Positions 27,729-37,991 of a stretch of DNA of 42,101 bases are shown one piece after another. Position numbers and translations under genes: made by a program. Position 1 is the stretch's first letter, and every line of letters begins with the position of its first letter. Source of the DNA: Alphaproteobacteria bacterium (GTDB taxonomy: Bacteria; Pseudomonadota; Alphaproteobacteria; JBCCNR01); NCBI GenBank assembly GCA_047627635.1, contig JBLHTX010000003.1, positions 1-42,101 on the forward strand, given 5' to 3'. The notes beneath the pieces are model-generated. The model saw only the letters and a list, made by a program, of their open reading frames with translations. It did not search any database and was not told where the DNA came from.

Positions 27729-28529
27729 TTACCCTTTGGTCAATGTTTGTGCAGTTTGTGAGATTGATTTACCAACATCTACAAAGCCTGATGCATAAAG
27801 AGAATATTCATAACTACTATTCATCACTTGAATATAACTTTCAATTTGTCGGTCAATAGCATTTTGCTCAGATTCTTTGGTTTTTAAGCCACCTGATAGA
27901 CTATCATATTCTGAAATCATGGAATCCTTAGCACGATCAAAGGCAGAACCTTTACTTTTATTCGCTAACATATCCGAGTTCTCTTCATAGGATTGTGTAT
28001 TGGAATGTACTTTTTCAATCAAACCTGACAATGTATCACCTAGGGTATTCGGATTCGTTAAGGATCCAACATCATAAGCAGGCGCTGTAGCATTTAAACG
28101 ATCATAAGTTGTTAAATCTGACGGCAAAGTCGCAGGAGTTGTCGCAAGATCACTCGGAATTTGAGAGTAATTTGTATGCACACCCTCCATTGATATTTTA
28201 ATTGCCTCATCCGAAGGGCTCATATTACCACTATCAACCATGGTGTTATTCATAAAATTAGGCCTTTGCTGTGATTCACGCGCCATATTAGTAACAATTG
28301 TATTACCATAAGAACTGCTAAAGTCACCCATTGAAATTGCCTTGGTAAGACCCGTATCACTGTTGCCAGCATGATAGTTTTGATCCTTAGCAAGCGTTTC
28401 TGCCTCAATTTCATCTCGACGCTTAACGCCAGAACCACCCGTTGACCCTGCCCATTCATGGCTATTATTCATTTGAAAAGATGTGAAATCAGCTGTAAAA
28501 GGCATTGTTGTTGTAATTGCTTCTGTCAT
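27729..28529 (-). CDS. Hypothetical protein with a T3SS inner rod (SctI/YscI/HrpB)-like C-terminus
   Basis: Ser/Thr/Asn-rich N-terminus, LGDTLSGLIEKV helix, and terminal VGKSISQTAQTLTKG*. Confidence 0.5.
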   Translation of the reverse strand: MTEAITTTMPFTADFTSFQMNNSHEWAGSTGGSGVKRRDEIEAETLAKDQNYHAGNSDTGLTKAISMGDFSSSYGNTIVTNMARESQQRPNFMNNTMVDSGNMSPSDEAIKISMEGVHTNYSQIPSDLATTPATLPSDLTTYDRLNATAPAYDVGSLTNPNTLGDTLSGLIEKVHSNTQSYEENSDMLANKSKGSAFDRAKDSMISEYDSLSGGLKTKESEQNAIDRQIESYIQVMNSSYEYSLYASGFVDVGKSISQTAQTLTKG

Positions 28530-29758
28530 AATAATAACTTACTTTTATTTGATTTTTTATGTGTCGCTTTAAGTGCTTTTATCTTTAGGTTTTTAAGAGA
28601 TACTTGAATATCTTCTAATGAATCTTTAGTAAAATCAGCTGTTTTTTTCTTCCAATAATTCATACCGTAATCGACTAAAAGCTGTTCCCCTTTTTTAATG
28701 TCACGGTTAGTTACAAAGGAAACAAGATCAAATTTTTTGGCGTCCTTAACATATTCAAGATCAGGGTATTCAAGCGATTTAGCGTAAATAGCAACAATAT
28801 TACATTTTTTTACAATATCTTGCGCAATGCTATATGCCGTACCTGCATAAACTGTTCCAGAATTTACACAGCTCAAATCATTTCCATACTGAAAACCACT
28901 GACAGATGGTATCTTAACATCTGGGAAAGAATAAACATATGTTTGGAAGCCTGTGCTATGTTTTTTTGCATATTCAAGTTTATCTTCTTGGCTCGTAAAA
29001 TAAAGCCCCGAATAGTAACCAAGCACCGTAAAAGCAGGAATATTTTGTTTCGCAAAAACAGCATTTTGCCCAATTAAAATATCAGGCCATTTTTGTTTTT
29101 TACATTCTTTCTTCGACACTGGCTTCATATCTGTTAATGATTCAAGATATTCACCGCGTTTTTGATCTGATAAATTTGCAACATCATTAAGTTGAACCAA
29201 TAAGTTTTGTTGTTTCTGTGGCGTGTTCAATGTCTGTTTAAAATTTTTAAAATCAATAATAGTTTTAGGAGTATAGACTGCTTCGTTAGGATTATCGTAG
29301 GCACGACAAATTGGCATATTATTTTGGGTTTTATGTTCTTGTAAAATTTTAAAATGAAGAGAGGAGGTAGTGTTTTTATTTTGCTTAATTCTTTGTATTA
29401 TTTTATCGAAGTTTCTTTTTATAGGAGGTGATTTTATAATTCCTATCGATGAAATAGTACTTGGTATAAATAGCAATCCTTTATTGGGGATTGATAAAGA
29501 TGCGGCTTGGTGGCACATTATTTTAAGATTTTTAAATACGCTTAAGCGTATTTTTAGCTCTTTTTGATGCACTATAATATTGTTAAATACTTGACAAAAT
29601 TGAGATAAACTTGCAATAAAACGAGATGTATCATAATTACAAATAATTAAAGCATATATTTCAGTTGTCATTTTTTCAGGATTAATGACTTTTATTTTTT
29701 GGTTGATAAATGGTAAATAACTTTTAACTGAATAATTATTTTGAAGCTGGTGTGACAT
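28526..29758 (-). CDS. SET domain protein (putative lysine methyltransferase)
   Basis: GQNAVFAKQNIPAFTVLGYYSG, GNDLSCVNSG and RDIKKGEQLLVDYGMNYW motifs; Lys-rich C-terminus. Confidence 0.85.
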   Translation of the reverse strand: MSHQLQNNYSVKSYLPFINQKIKVINPEKMTTEIYALIICNYDTSRFIASLSQFCQVFNNIIVHQKELKIRLSVFKNLKIMCHQAASLSIPNKGLLFIPSTISSIGIIKSPPIKRNFDKIIQRIKQNKNTTSSLHFKILQEHKTQNNMPICRAYDNPNEAVYTPKTIIDFKNFKQTLNTPQKQQNLLVQLNDVANLSDQKRGEYLESLTDMKPVSKKECKKQKWPDILIGQNAVFAKQNIPAFTVLGYYSGLYFTSQEDKLEYAKKHSTGFQTYVYSFPDVKIPSVSGFQYGNDLSCVNSGTVYAGTAYSIAQDIVKKCNIVAIYAKSLEYPDLEYVKDAKKFDLVSFVTNRDIKKGEQLLVDYGMNYWKKKTADFTKDSLEDIQVSLKNLKIKALKATHKKSNKSKLLL

Positions 29759-29849
29759 ATACCCTCAATTAACATTATGATTATGCTAATATTAGGATGC
29801 AAATTTTATACCAACTTATCATCATTTATCTAAACAAAAAAATAGATAA

Positions 29850-29899
29850 ATAATATAGTGCCAAATTATTTAGCTTTAAAAAATTTGGCACTATATTAT
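29850..29899 (-). terminator. Perfect 18 bp inverted repeat, likely terminator of the alpha operon
   Basis: ATAATATAGTGCCAAATT / AATTTGGCACTATATTAT with a 14 nt loop, followed on the minus strand by T-rich sequence. Confidence 0.65.
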
Positions 29900-30160
29900 G
29901 AGGGAAAAAAGGGAATTTAATATGACTATGAATAATCTTACTTACTCGAATTAACAATATAACCAAAAAATAAAATAAATACTTTAATGGGGGATATAAA
30001 TAACATATTTTAACTAAAATGATATAATTAGAACGCTAAGGCCTTGATTGCTATGCATATGTATAGGTCAAAATATGTTTTTTATTATATTTAATTTTTT
30101 CAATACTAAACGCATAACTTAAATACCTAAAATATGCGTAAAGAAATATGTTTTATATAA

Positions 30161-30514
30161 TCAAACAAATTCAATTAGGGCGACATTAGCATTATCGCCA
30201 TGTCTTTTACCAAGCTTTAGAACACGAGTATATCCACCTGGGCGTTCAATGTAGTTTTTTGCAATCTCAAAGATATTAAAAATAACATCTTCATTAGATC
30301 TTAATTTACTAGATAACAGACGAAAGCTGGCTTGATTGTTGCCTTTTCTAGCAATCGTAACAAGACGCTCTACATAAGATCTTAAGGCCTTAGCACGCAC
30401 TAAGGTCGTTTTAATTCTCTTATGCTGAACCAAAGATAATGTCATACTATACAATAATGCTTCGGTATAATTTGTATCTTTAGTTAATGTTTTATTCGCA
30501 AATTTATGACGCAT
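30161..30514 (-). CDS. rplQ: 50S ribosomal protein L17
   Basis: MRHK, IKTTLVRAKALR and RPGGYTRVLK motifs; follows rpoA. Confidence 0.95.
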   Translation of the reverse strand: MRHKFANKTLTKDTNYTEALLYSMTLSLVQHKRIKTTLVRAKALRSYVERLVTIARKGNNQASFRLLSSKLRSNEDVIFNIFEIAKNYIERPGGYTRVLKLGKRHGDNANVALIEFV

Positions 30515-30522
30515 ACGGACCT

Positions 30523-31533
30523 CTAAATTTTCTCTTCAAGTTTTTTTGATAAATCTTCAATGTTCTCAGGTGGCCAATCATCAATGATCATACCAAGTGT
30601 TAAGTTTAACTCATTCAAAATTTGTTTAATCTCATTTAAGGATTTTCGACCAAAATTGGGTGTCTTCAACATTTCTGCTTCAGTTTTTTGGACAAGATCT
30701 CCAATATATATAATGTTGTCATTTTTAAGACAATTTGCTGATCGTACTGATAATTCTAGCTCTTCAACACGCTTCAACAAAACAGGATCAAAGGACAATA
30801 CATGTTCCTCTTCACTATTTTCAACAGCGACATCAGAATGTGAAAAATTAATAAAGACTGATAATTGATCTTGTAAAATCTTTGCTGAAATACCAATTGC
30901 ATCTTCTGGCGTAATTGAACCATCAGTTTCGACCTCAAGAACTAACTTGTCATAGTCAAGTTTCTGACCTTCACGTGTTTTTTCAATATCATAGGCCACA
31001 CGTCTAACTGGAGAAAAATATGCGTCTAGGTAAATTTGCCCAACAATATCATCTTTCTCAATCAACGCACTATCTAAATATCCCTTACCACTATCTACCG
31101 TCATATCAATAGATATTTTAACGTTATCCGAAATAGTAAACAAATGATGATCAGGGTTCAAAATCTCAACGCCATCTGGACAAGTAATATGTGACGCAGT
31201 GACCTCAGCTGGACCTGTTATATTCAAATGAATATGCTTACTGCCCTCAACATGTTTAAGAAGAGATAGCCCTTTAATATTCATTAAAATATGAAGAACG
31301 TCTTCTGAGACACCCGAAATAGTAGAAAACTGATGCAAAACCCCATCAATTTTCACAGATGTCACTGCTGATCCCTGAAGTGAAGATAACAGAATACGAC
31401 GCAAGGAATTGCCCAAGGTGATACCATAGCCTGTTTCCAATGGCTCAAAAGCAAACGATGCTTTATCGTAATTATTTGTTTTAACCACGTTTTTTGTAGG
31501 CTTAATTAAGCTAAGCCAATTTTGTTCAATCAC
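30523..31533 (-). CDS. rpoA: RNA polymerase alpha subunit
   Basis: [33 protein letters not shown] and [12 protein letters not shown] motifs. Confidence 0.98.
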   Translation of the reverse strand: MIEQNWLSLIKPTKNVVKTNNYDKASFAFEPLETGYGITLGNSLRRILLSSLQGSAVTSVKIDGVLHQFSTISGVSEDVLHILMNIKGLSLLKHVEGSKHIHLNITGPAEVTASHITCPDGVEILNPDHHLFTISDNVKISIDMTVDSGKGYLDSALIEKDDIVGQIYLDAYFSPVRRVAYDIEKTREGQKLDYDKLVLEVETDGSITPEDAIGISAKILQDQLSVFINFSHSDVAVENSEEEHVLSFDPVLLKRVEELELSVRSANCLKNDNIIYIGDLVQKTEAEMLKTPNFGRKSLNEIKQILNELNLTLGMIIDDWPPENIEDLSKKLEEKI

Positions 31534-31576
31534 TTGAAGCCTCTTTTGTTTATTATACCTTTAACATATCTTTAAT

Positions 31577-31969
31577 TTATATACGTCTTCTTTTAGGCAA
31601 TCTACAACCATTATGCGGTATTGGTGTTCTATCACGAATACTTAAAACTTCAAAATCTTGATTAGCAAATGCACGCAGAGAAGATTCTCTTCCTACACCA
31701 GGCCCTTTAATTTCAATCATAACCTTTTTTACTTGAAAGTCTTTTGCCTTACGACAAATTTCTTCAGTTGCAAGTTGAGCAGCATAAGGCGTAGATTTTC
31801 TTGACCCTTTAAAACCATTTGATCCTGAGGTGGCCCAAGCAAGAACATTACCTGCCGTATCCGTTAAAGATACCAAAGTATTATTAAATGTAACATTAAT
31901 TTTTATAATAGCCAAGGGTACATTAATTTTACTTTTTTTAGGGCTTGATGACTTTTTGTTAGCAACCAT
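31577..31969 (-). CDS. rpsK: 30S ribosomal protein S11
   Basis: FNNT, GFKGSRKSTPYAAQ and TPIPHNGCR motifs; start at 31969. Confidence 0.96.
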   Translation of the reverse strand: MVANKKSSSPKKSKINVPLAIIKINVTFNNTLVSLTDTAGNVLAWATSGSNGFKGSRKSTPYAAQLATEEICRKAKDFQVKKVMIEIKGPGVGRESSLRAFANQDFEVLSIRDRTPIPHNGCRLPKRRRI

Positions 31970-31971
31970 GA

Positions 31972-32316
31972 TTATGACACTCTCTTTCGTGTTTTTGCAT
32001 TTGTATGCGTTCTTTGACCGCGACATGGTAACCGTAAGCGATGACGAACACCTCTAAAGCATGCTATATCTTGTAGTCTTTTTATCGCCATTGTTTTTAC
32101 ACGACGCAGGTCCCCTTCGACGGAAACGTTTTGGTCAATATACTCTCTGATTTTAATGATATCTTCACCATTTAAATTTTTAACGCGAGTATTGAGATCA
32201 ATATTAAGAGCAATACAAATCTTTTTTGAAATATGCGAACCAATTCCATAGATATATCTTAATGATACAACTACTGCTTTATCTGTTGGTATATTAACAC
32301 CAGAAATCCTTGCCAT
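31972..32316 (-). CDS. rpsM: 30S ribosomal protein S13
   Basis: [22 protein letters not shown] and RGQRTHTNA motifs; GGAG RBS. Confidence 0.96.
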   Translation of the reverse strand: MARISGVNIPTDKAVVVSLRYIYGIGSHISKKICIALNIDLNTRVKNLNGEDIIKIREYIDQNVSVEGDLRRVKTMAIKRLQDIACFRGVRHRLRLPCRGQRTHTNAKTRKRVS

Positions 32317-32338
32317 TATTAACTCCAATATATAAGGA

Positions 32339-32998
32339 TTAAACTTTTTCTTTTAAACAATCTATAACTTTAGAAAACTCTTGAGATATTTCATTTACAC
32401 TACCTTTGCAGTCTATGTCAATCAAAACCCCAAGGCTACGATAGTAATTTACGATTGCATCATTTTCATTATGAAAAATAGTCAATCGCTTTTTGATTAC
32501 ATTCTCACTATCATCAGAACGCGTTATAAAATCATTCCCATTACAGTGATCACAGACACCGTTAGTTTGTGGATTTACAAAATATTTATTATAAACAGCG
32601 CCACACTGAGAACATACATATCTGCCTGATATACGTTTTATTAAAACCTCATCATCAAGAGACATATTCACAACAATATCTAACTTTTTATTTATTTTAG
32701 ATAAAATTTTATTAAGTGCAAAAACTTGGTCTATGTTTCTAGGATAACCGTCGAACAAAATGCCCTTACTCACATCCGTTAATTCATTCTCAAGTAAAAC
32801 CTCAACAATGTCGTTAGAAACTAGTTCGCCCTTACTAATAACATTAGAAATTTTCTTACCTAAGTCAGTTTGTAGGCTAGCCTCTCTACGTAAAAGGTTT
32901 CCGGTAGTTATATAATTTAAATTATACTTTCCAACAACAAAACTAGCTTGTGTTCCTTTGCCGACACCTGGAGGACCTATTAATAATATATTTATCAT
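32339..32998 (-). CDS. adk: Adenylate kinase (zinc-binding LID type)
   Basis: [20 protein letters not shown]...CDHC and RSDD motifs. Confidence 0.96.
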   Translation of the reverse strand: MINILLIGPPGVGKGTQASFVVGKYNLNYITTGNLLRREASLQTDLGKKISNVISKGELVSNDIVEVLLENELTDVSKGILFDGYPRNIDQVFALNKILSKINKKLDIVVNMSLDDEVLIKRISGRYVCSQCGAVYNKYFVNPQTNGVCDHCNGNDFITRSDDSENVIKKRLTIFHNENDAIVNYYRSLGVLIDIDCKGSVNEISQEFSKVIDCLKEKV

Positions 32999-33000
32999 AT

Positions 33001-34176
33001 TTAATTCATCACCGAATTAGTGTTATGTGAATAACTCATATATTGAATACGACGGACAATATCAATTACAACAACGACCAGAATTACAGCTGATACACCG
33101 GATACGATTACATTAAAACCATTGTAGCGTAATAAATCAGGTGCTAAAACCATTAGACCTAAGTACAAAACAGCTATGTAATTTAGCTTATTAATAACAA
33201 CATCAAGATACTTTTTAGTTGTCAAGCCTGGCCTATTATTTTCTAATATAATATTCGATTTTTTTAAATTATTGGACATTTCTTCGGTATTCATCACAAA
33301 AGGTGTATAAAATGCAACAAAAAAGACAACAAACGCTAATGTTACAAGTGTTAATAGAATTGAAATATCATATCCAAATTTATCAAAAATATAAGGAGCC
33401 AAGGATGTTGATAATAAAGCTGAAAAACTCATTGCAAAAATTAAGGGTAAAACACCCGAGTTGTTGATTTTCAAGGGAAGTATATCAGATTTTTTACCTT
33501 TATTGTAACCATCTCTAAATTTTGTAGATGGATAAGAAAGCTTTAAAGGTCTAAAGGAAAGTTCAATAAGGCATATAACAAAGAGCAAACCAAGGATAAA
33601 TATACAATGACCAGAAAATCCTATTGGCGAAACTTCGCCTGTTTGAACACCGTAAAATAAATCACTCGCTGATAGATAGAGATGCTCAATAATAGATAAC
33701 ATAATTAATATCGAAGCACCATTTCCGAAGCCAAATGTTGTGATTATTTTAGCAAACCAAACCATAATAAAAGATCCAGCAACCAGGAAAACGATAATAG
33801 CAGAGAATTCTATGTATGAGGTATCAACATCAGTAGAGTATTTAGCAAACATAAAGGACTGTATTATTGCAATAATTAAAGTAAACAATAACGTTTGACT
33901 AGATACAAATTTTTTATTTTTTAAATCATTGGCATAATTTGTATCAGAAAGTATGAATTTTAGAAGTTGAACAATTATACCTGCTGTAATGTATGGAATA
34001 ATTCCCAATGTAAACAGTGAAAGCCTTTGTAAGGCTTGCTGATTTAGAACGCCAGTTTTAGTAACTGTTGAAAGGAAATCAGATACAGATCCGTCATTTA
34101 ACATAAACGGAACAGTTATAAAATTTCCCATCCTATACATAAAGAAAACAACAAACATTAAAATAAATATGCGCAT
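33001..34176 (-). CDS. secY: Preprotein translocase SecY (short, divergent)
   Basis: SLFTLGIIPYITAGIIVQLL, GFGNGAS, LPLKINNSGVLPLIFA and RPG motifs; canonical position between rplO and adk. Confidence 0.9.
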   Translation of the reverse strand: MRIFILMFVVFFMYRMGNFITVPFMLNDGSVSDFLSTVTKTGVLNQQALQRLSLFTLGIIPYITAGIIVQLLKFILSDTNYANDLKNKKFVSSQTLLFTLIIAIIQSFMFAKYSTDVDTSYIEFSAIIVFLVAGSFIMVWFAKIITTFGFGNGASILIMLSIIEHLYLSASDLFYGVQTGEVSPIGFSGHCIFILGLLFVICLIELSFRPLKLSYPSTKFRDGYNKGKKSDILPLKINNSGVLPLIFAMSFSALLSTSLAPYIFDKFGYDISILLTLVTLAFVVFFVAFYTPFVMNTEEMSNNLKKSNIILENNRPGLTTKKYLDVVINKLNYIAVLYLGLMVLAPDLLRYNGFNVIVSGVSAVILVVVVIDIVRRIQYMSYSHNTNSVMN

Positions 34177-34232
34177 AATTGTTCCATAAAAGGTTTTAAT
34201 ATAATACTATTCGATAAAATATTATATTTTTC

Positions 34233-34448
34233 TTATTTTTTATTCATGCCACGCTTTGGAAGGCGTCTATGTAAGGGCATTTGACCACCTTCAAATCCGA
34301 CAGATGAATAACCAGACCTAGATTTTGCACCCTTAACACCTCGACAAGAAGTCTTGCCCATGCCAGATCCGATACCACGACCAACTCTTTTTTTTGTCTT
34401 TAGCTTTAACTTAGGTAGTGAATTTAAACTTAATTCATTATTATTCAT
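34233..34448 (-). CDS. rplO: 50S ribosomal protein L15, truncated (N-terminal part only, ~71 aa)
   Basis: [14 protein letters not shown]...[17 protein letters not shown] followed by a stop after MNKK. Confidence 0.88.
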   Translation of the reverse strand: MNNNELSLNSLPKLKLKTKKRVGRGIGSGMGKTSCRGVKGAKSRSGYSSVGFEGGQMPLHRRLPKRGMNKK

Positions 34449-34461
34449 AATCATATTCCCT

Positions 34462-34974
34462 TTAAGCAGCACGATTGGAGACGATTTCAGATATTTTTTT
34501 ATCTCTTTTCAATGCGATATAACGCGGTGATGTTTGTTTTTGCAAACCATCAAAACAAGCCCGAACCAAATTAAAAGGGTTAGAAGAGCCTAGTGATTTT
34601 GCAACTATGTCTTGAACACCAAGTAAATCAAAAATTGGTCTCAAAGCAGCACCAGCAATAATACCACGCCCTGTCTTTGATGTTTTCAAAAGAACATTAC
34701 CTGCTCCCCAACGACCAGTGGAGTTATGGTGAAGTGTCTTTCCATCACGCAACGGAATACGAACTAGCGAACTTCTTGCACGTTCAGATGCTTTTCGTAT
34801 TGCATCTGGAACTTCTTTAGCTTTACCATGCCCGAACCCAATACGGCCTTTTCTATCGCCTACGATAACAAGAGCTGCAAAACTTAAGGTACGTCCACCT
34901 TTAACGGTTTTAGAAACGCGGTTTATAAAAACTAATTTTTCGTATAACTCATCTTTATTACGATCATCTGTCAT
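34462..34974 (-). CDS. rpsE: 30S ribosomal protein S5
   Basis: [25 protein letters not shown] and KSLGSSNP motifs. Confidence 0.97.
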   Translation of the reverse strand: MTDDRNKDELYEKLVFINRVSKTVKGGRTLSFAALVIVGDRKGRIGFGHGKAKEVPDAIRKASERARSSLVRIPLRDGKTLHHNSTGRWGAGNVLLKTSKTGRGIIAGAALRPIFDLLGVQDIVAKSLGSSNPFNLVRACFDGLQKQTSPRYIALKRDKKISEIVSNRAA

Positions 34975-34978
34975 AAAA

Positions 34979-35332
34979 TTATACCTCTATTCCTTTGATA
35001 CGTATTTGCTCTACAAAATGTTTTACTAATCCATGAAAGCGATAAACTCCGCGATCGAAGGTAATGTTATCAAAACTAGTAAAACCCATGCTCATGATTT
35101 TTTCAGCAAAGCTCTGTGCTAAGTCAGTAACTCTATCACGAGAGGACTTTTCAAAAGAGGATACCATCTGAGTACTCAGTGAAGCAATAACATTTCCAGT
35201 GTTATTTTCAATAAGAGAGGCATAATAATGTTTATTTGATTTCAAAAAATATACACGCAGGCAATCTACAGCGAGGCGATTATCTCTACGTAAAATTTTG
35301 GTTTTTCTTTTTAAAAAAGTAGAACGTTTCAT
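34979..35332 (-). CDS. rplR: 50S ribosomal protein L18 (divergent)
   Basis: SNKHYYA and [10 protein letters not shown] motifs; lies between rplF and rpsE. Confidence 0.85.
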   Translation of the reverse strand: MKRSTFLKRKTKILRRDNRLAVDCLRVYFLKSNKHYYASLIENNTGNVIASLSTQMVSSFEKSSRDRVTDLAQSFAEKIMSMGFTSFDNITFDRGVYRFHGLVKHFVEQIRIKGIEV

Positions 35333-35334
35333 AC

Positions 35335-35865
35335 TTATTTCTTCTTACCTTCTTTTGTAATAATAATCTCACCTTGATACAATATACCCTTAGCGTGGTA
35401 GTTATCTGGTATTTTGTACGCACGTATCTCTGCAGCGACTTGACCGACTCTTTGCTTGTCAATACCCTTAATGGTAATAATAGTATCTTTTTCAACTGTT
35501 AATTTTATATCACTTGGGATCAAGTAATGTATTTTATGACTATAACCGAGCGACAAAATCAAAGTATCTTTCTCAATGAGACAACGATAACCCAAACCCT
35601 TTAATTCTAAAATTTTAACATGCCCTAATGTAACGCCAGCAATAGCGTTTTTTAAAAGAGAATGCAAAAGACCAGCATTAGCTGAGGATTTTTTAGGATT
35701 TTCGGTATTAAATTCAATTTGATTATCATTTACAGACAACCCCATAAATGGAAAATTTGGAACGTTAAGAGAGCCCAAATTTCCATTAATAGTACATACT
35801 TCAGAGCCAACTGTTACACTAACGTCTTTTGGCAATAAAATCGGCTTTTTAGATAGTCTTGACAT
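35335..35865 (-). CDS. rplF: 50S ribosomal protein L6
   Basis: MSRLSKKPI, GLGYR, LGYSH and GIDKQRVGQVAAEIR motifs. Confidence 0.96.
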   Translation of the reverse strand: MSRLSKKPILLPKDVSVTVGSEVCTINGNLGSLNVPNFPFMGLSVNDNQIEFNTENPKKSSANAGLLHSLLKNAIAGVTLGHVKILELKGLGYRCLIEKDTLILSLGYSHKIHYLIPSDIKLTVEKDTIITIKGIDKQRVGQVAAEIRAYKIPDNYHAKGILYQGEIIITKEGKKK

Positions 35866-35885
35866 ATAGTTACCTTATCTTAATA

Positions 35886-36272
35886 CTAAAAAACTTGACA
35901 TAATACTTCACCACCAACACCAAAATCTCGGGCTTGGTTATCAGTTAAAATACCTTTTGGTGTAGATACTACGGTAACACCTAATCCATTATAAAAGGAA
36001 GGTATATCCTTAGCACCCTTATAAACACGGATACTTGGCTTTGAAACAACATTAATTTTTTTAATAATTGATTCATTCTTAAGGTATTTAAGATGAACGG
36101 TCACCTGAAAGGTATCTACAACAAACTTTTGTATATATCCCTGCTCTTCAAGTAGCTTTAAAATTGATACAACAATTTTTACATTTGGTAAGATTGTTGT
36201 CAAGTGATTTCGTTGTGCTGCATTTTTAAGGCGAACAACTAAATCACTTACATGATGGTTTGTGAATTTCAT
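35886..36272 (-). CDS. rpsH: 30S ribosomal protein S8
   Basis: SKPSIRVY, GLGVTVVSTPKG and GVGGEVLC motifs. Confidence 0.95.
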   Translation of the reverse strand: MKFTNHHVSDLVVRLKNAAQRNHLTTILPNVKIVVSILKLLEEQGYIQKFVVDTFQVTVHLKYLKNESIIKKINVVSKPSIRVYKGAKDIPSFYNGLGVTVVSTPKGILTDNQARDFGVGGEVLCQVF

Positions 36273-36290
36273 AAAATTTGTCCTAATAAT

Positions 36291-36596
36291 CTACCAACTA
36301 CTTTTCTTTACCCCGGTAATATCGGAAAAAGAAGCCAGTCGGCGAAGTTCATTCCGACATAAGCCGAAACGACGATACACACCACGAGCTCTGCCTGTTA
36401 TAAAGCAACGATTAGAAACACGGGTTGAGCTTGATGCGCGCGGAAGTAATGCAAGTTCTTGACTTAACTTGAAAACCATCTCTGCATTTTCTTTATTTTT
36501 TTGTATTGCAAGCTTAATGTCATGACGCTTGGTAGCATATTTTTGAACAATAATTTTTCTTTTTTCATTACGATTAATCATACATTTTTTTGACAT
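36291..36596 (-). CDS. rpsN: 30S ribosomal protein S14 (long form)
   Basis: [20 protein letters not shown]...GVKKSSW. Confidence 0.96.
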   Translation of the reverse strand: MSKKCMINRNEKRKIIVQKYATKRHDIKLAIQKNKENAEMVFKLSQELALLPRASSSTRVSNRCFITGRARGVYRRFGLCRNELRRLASFSDITGVKKSSW

Positions 36597-37180
36597 TATT
36601 TGCTCGCAGATTTTTTAAATGGAAAATTAAATTGCTCTAAAAGTGCTTTAGAGTGCTCTTTATTAGAAGTACTCGTTACAATAGTAACATTCATACCCCA
36701 TGAAAAATCAATATTATCGTAATCAATCTCAGGAAAAATAGTCTGATCTACTAAACCAAAATTAAAATTAGCGTGATGATCAAAATGTTTATTAGAATCA
36801 TACGCATTAAAATCTTTAATGCGAGGCATTGCAATGTTAATTAATTTATCAAGAAAATCATACATATTATCTTTACGTAAAGTAACCTTAACACCTAAAG
36901 GCATTCCTTCACGCAAGTGAAAGCCAGCTAAAGATCTACGCGCCTTGGTCATTACAGTAGACTGACCTGCTATAAGACTTAACTCACTTGAAAGTTTTTT
37001 TAACTTTTTTGAATCAGTAACAGCTGGACTATAGCAACTATTAAGTACAATTTTTTCTAGGTGTGGAACTTCCATTATATTTTTTAAAGAAAGTGATTCC
37101 TTAAGAAGTGATATAATTTTGCTATTATACTGCTCTCTATAACGAGAAGTATATTTGTCTGATAGAGTATTGCTTGACAT
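36596..37180 (-). CDS. rplE: 50S ribosomal protein L5
   Basis: [21 protein letters not shown] and IFPEIDYD motifs. Confidence 0.96.
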   Translation of the reverse strand: MSSNTLSDKYTSRYREQYNSKIISLLKESLSLKNIMEVPHLEKIVLNSCYSPAVTDSKKLKKLSSELSLIAGQSTVMTKARRSLAGFHLREGMPLGVKVTLRKDNMYDFLDKLINIAMPRIKDFNAYDSNKHFDHHANFNFGLVDQTIFPEIDYDNIDFSWGMNVTIVTSTSNKEHSKALLEQFNFPFKKSASK

Positions 37181-37187
37181 AAAAAAC

Positions 37188-37556
37188 CTATAATACTTCT
37201 GGGGCTAAAGAGAGAATTTTTGTCATTTTAAATTGACGAAGTTCACGCATGACTGGACCGAATACACGAGTTCCAATTGGTTCACCGTTATTATTAACAA
37301 GAACGGCGGCATGCCTATCAAAAGTGATATAAGAGCCATCACTACGAAGGTAATTGTTTTTAATGCGAACTAATACCGCTTTAAAAATCTGACCTTTTTT
37401 GACTTTTGAATTAGGAATGGCTTCCTTTACAACGCATACAAAGGTTTCTCCTACCCCTGCAATCTTTTTATGAGAGCCGCCTAATACCTTAATACACATA
37501 ATTTTACGAGCACCACTATTATCAGCGACAGTTACAATGGATTCTTGTTGTATCAT
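37188..37556 (-). CDS. rplN: 50S ribosomal protein L14
   Basis: [15 protein letters not shown] and SLAPEVL motifs. Confidence 0.98.
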   Translation of the reverse strand: MIQQESIVTVADNSGARKIMCIKVLGGSHKKIAGVGETFVCVVKEAIPNSKVKKGQIFKAVLVRIKNNYLRSDGSYITFDRHAAVLVNNNGEPIGTRVFGPVMRELRQFKMTKILSLAPEVL

Positions 37557-37557
37557 T

Positions 37558-37974
37558 TTAAATGTCCCAAGCGTTAGAAATAATTTTACATTTTACAGGT
37601 AATTTCATTGCAGCCAAACGCAATGCTTCACGAGCAACGTCTTCAGGGACACCCTTTAATTCAAAGAGAATTCTTCCAGGTCTTACTTTAAAAACATAAT
37701 ATTCAACAGAACCTTTTCCAGAACCCATTCTAACCTCGGCGGGCTTTTTAGTAACTGGAATATCTGGAAAAACACGAATGAAAATTTGACCTTGTCTTTT
37801 CATCTGTCTAGAAATTGCACGTCTTGCCGCTTCGATTTGCCTAGCAGTTATACGCTCTGATTCAATAGACTTTAGACCAAATTCCCCAAAAGCTAATTCT
37901 ACACCGCGTGTTTCGCTACCAGTTATACGTCCTTTGCGCTGCTTACGCCATGCTAATTTTTTTGGCTGTAACAT
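37558..37974 (-). CDS. rplP: 50S ribosomal protein L16
   Basis: [13 protein letters not shown] and [12 protein letters not shown] motifs. Confidence 0.98.
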   Translation of the reverse strand: MLQPKKLAWRKQRKGRITGSETRGVELAFGEFGLKSIESERITARQIEAARRAISRQMKRQGQIFIRVFPDIPVTKKPAEVRMGSGKGSVEYYVFKVRPGRILFELKGVPEDVAREALRLAAMKLPVKCKIISNAWDI

Positions 37975-37991
37975 AATTCTACCTTAAACAT

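Noticed and set aside
32339-32998. Four-Cys zinc LID in adenylate kinase
   Set aside because: A known variant in several Alphaproteobacteria, so not novel.
34177-34235. Frameshift, readthrough or alternative genetic code rescuing full-length L15
   Set aside because: The stop is TAA, only 56 nt remain before secY, and other genes translate normally with the standard code.
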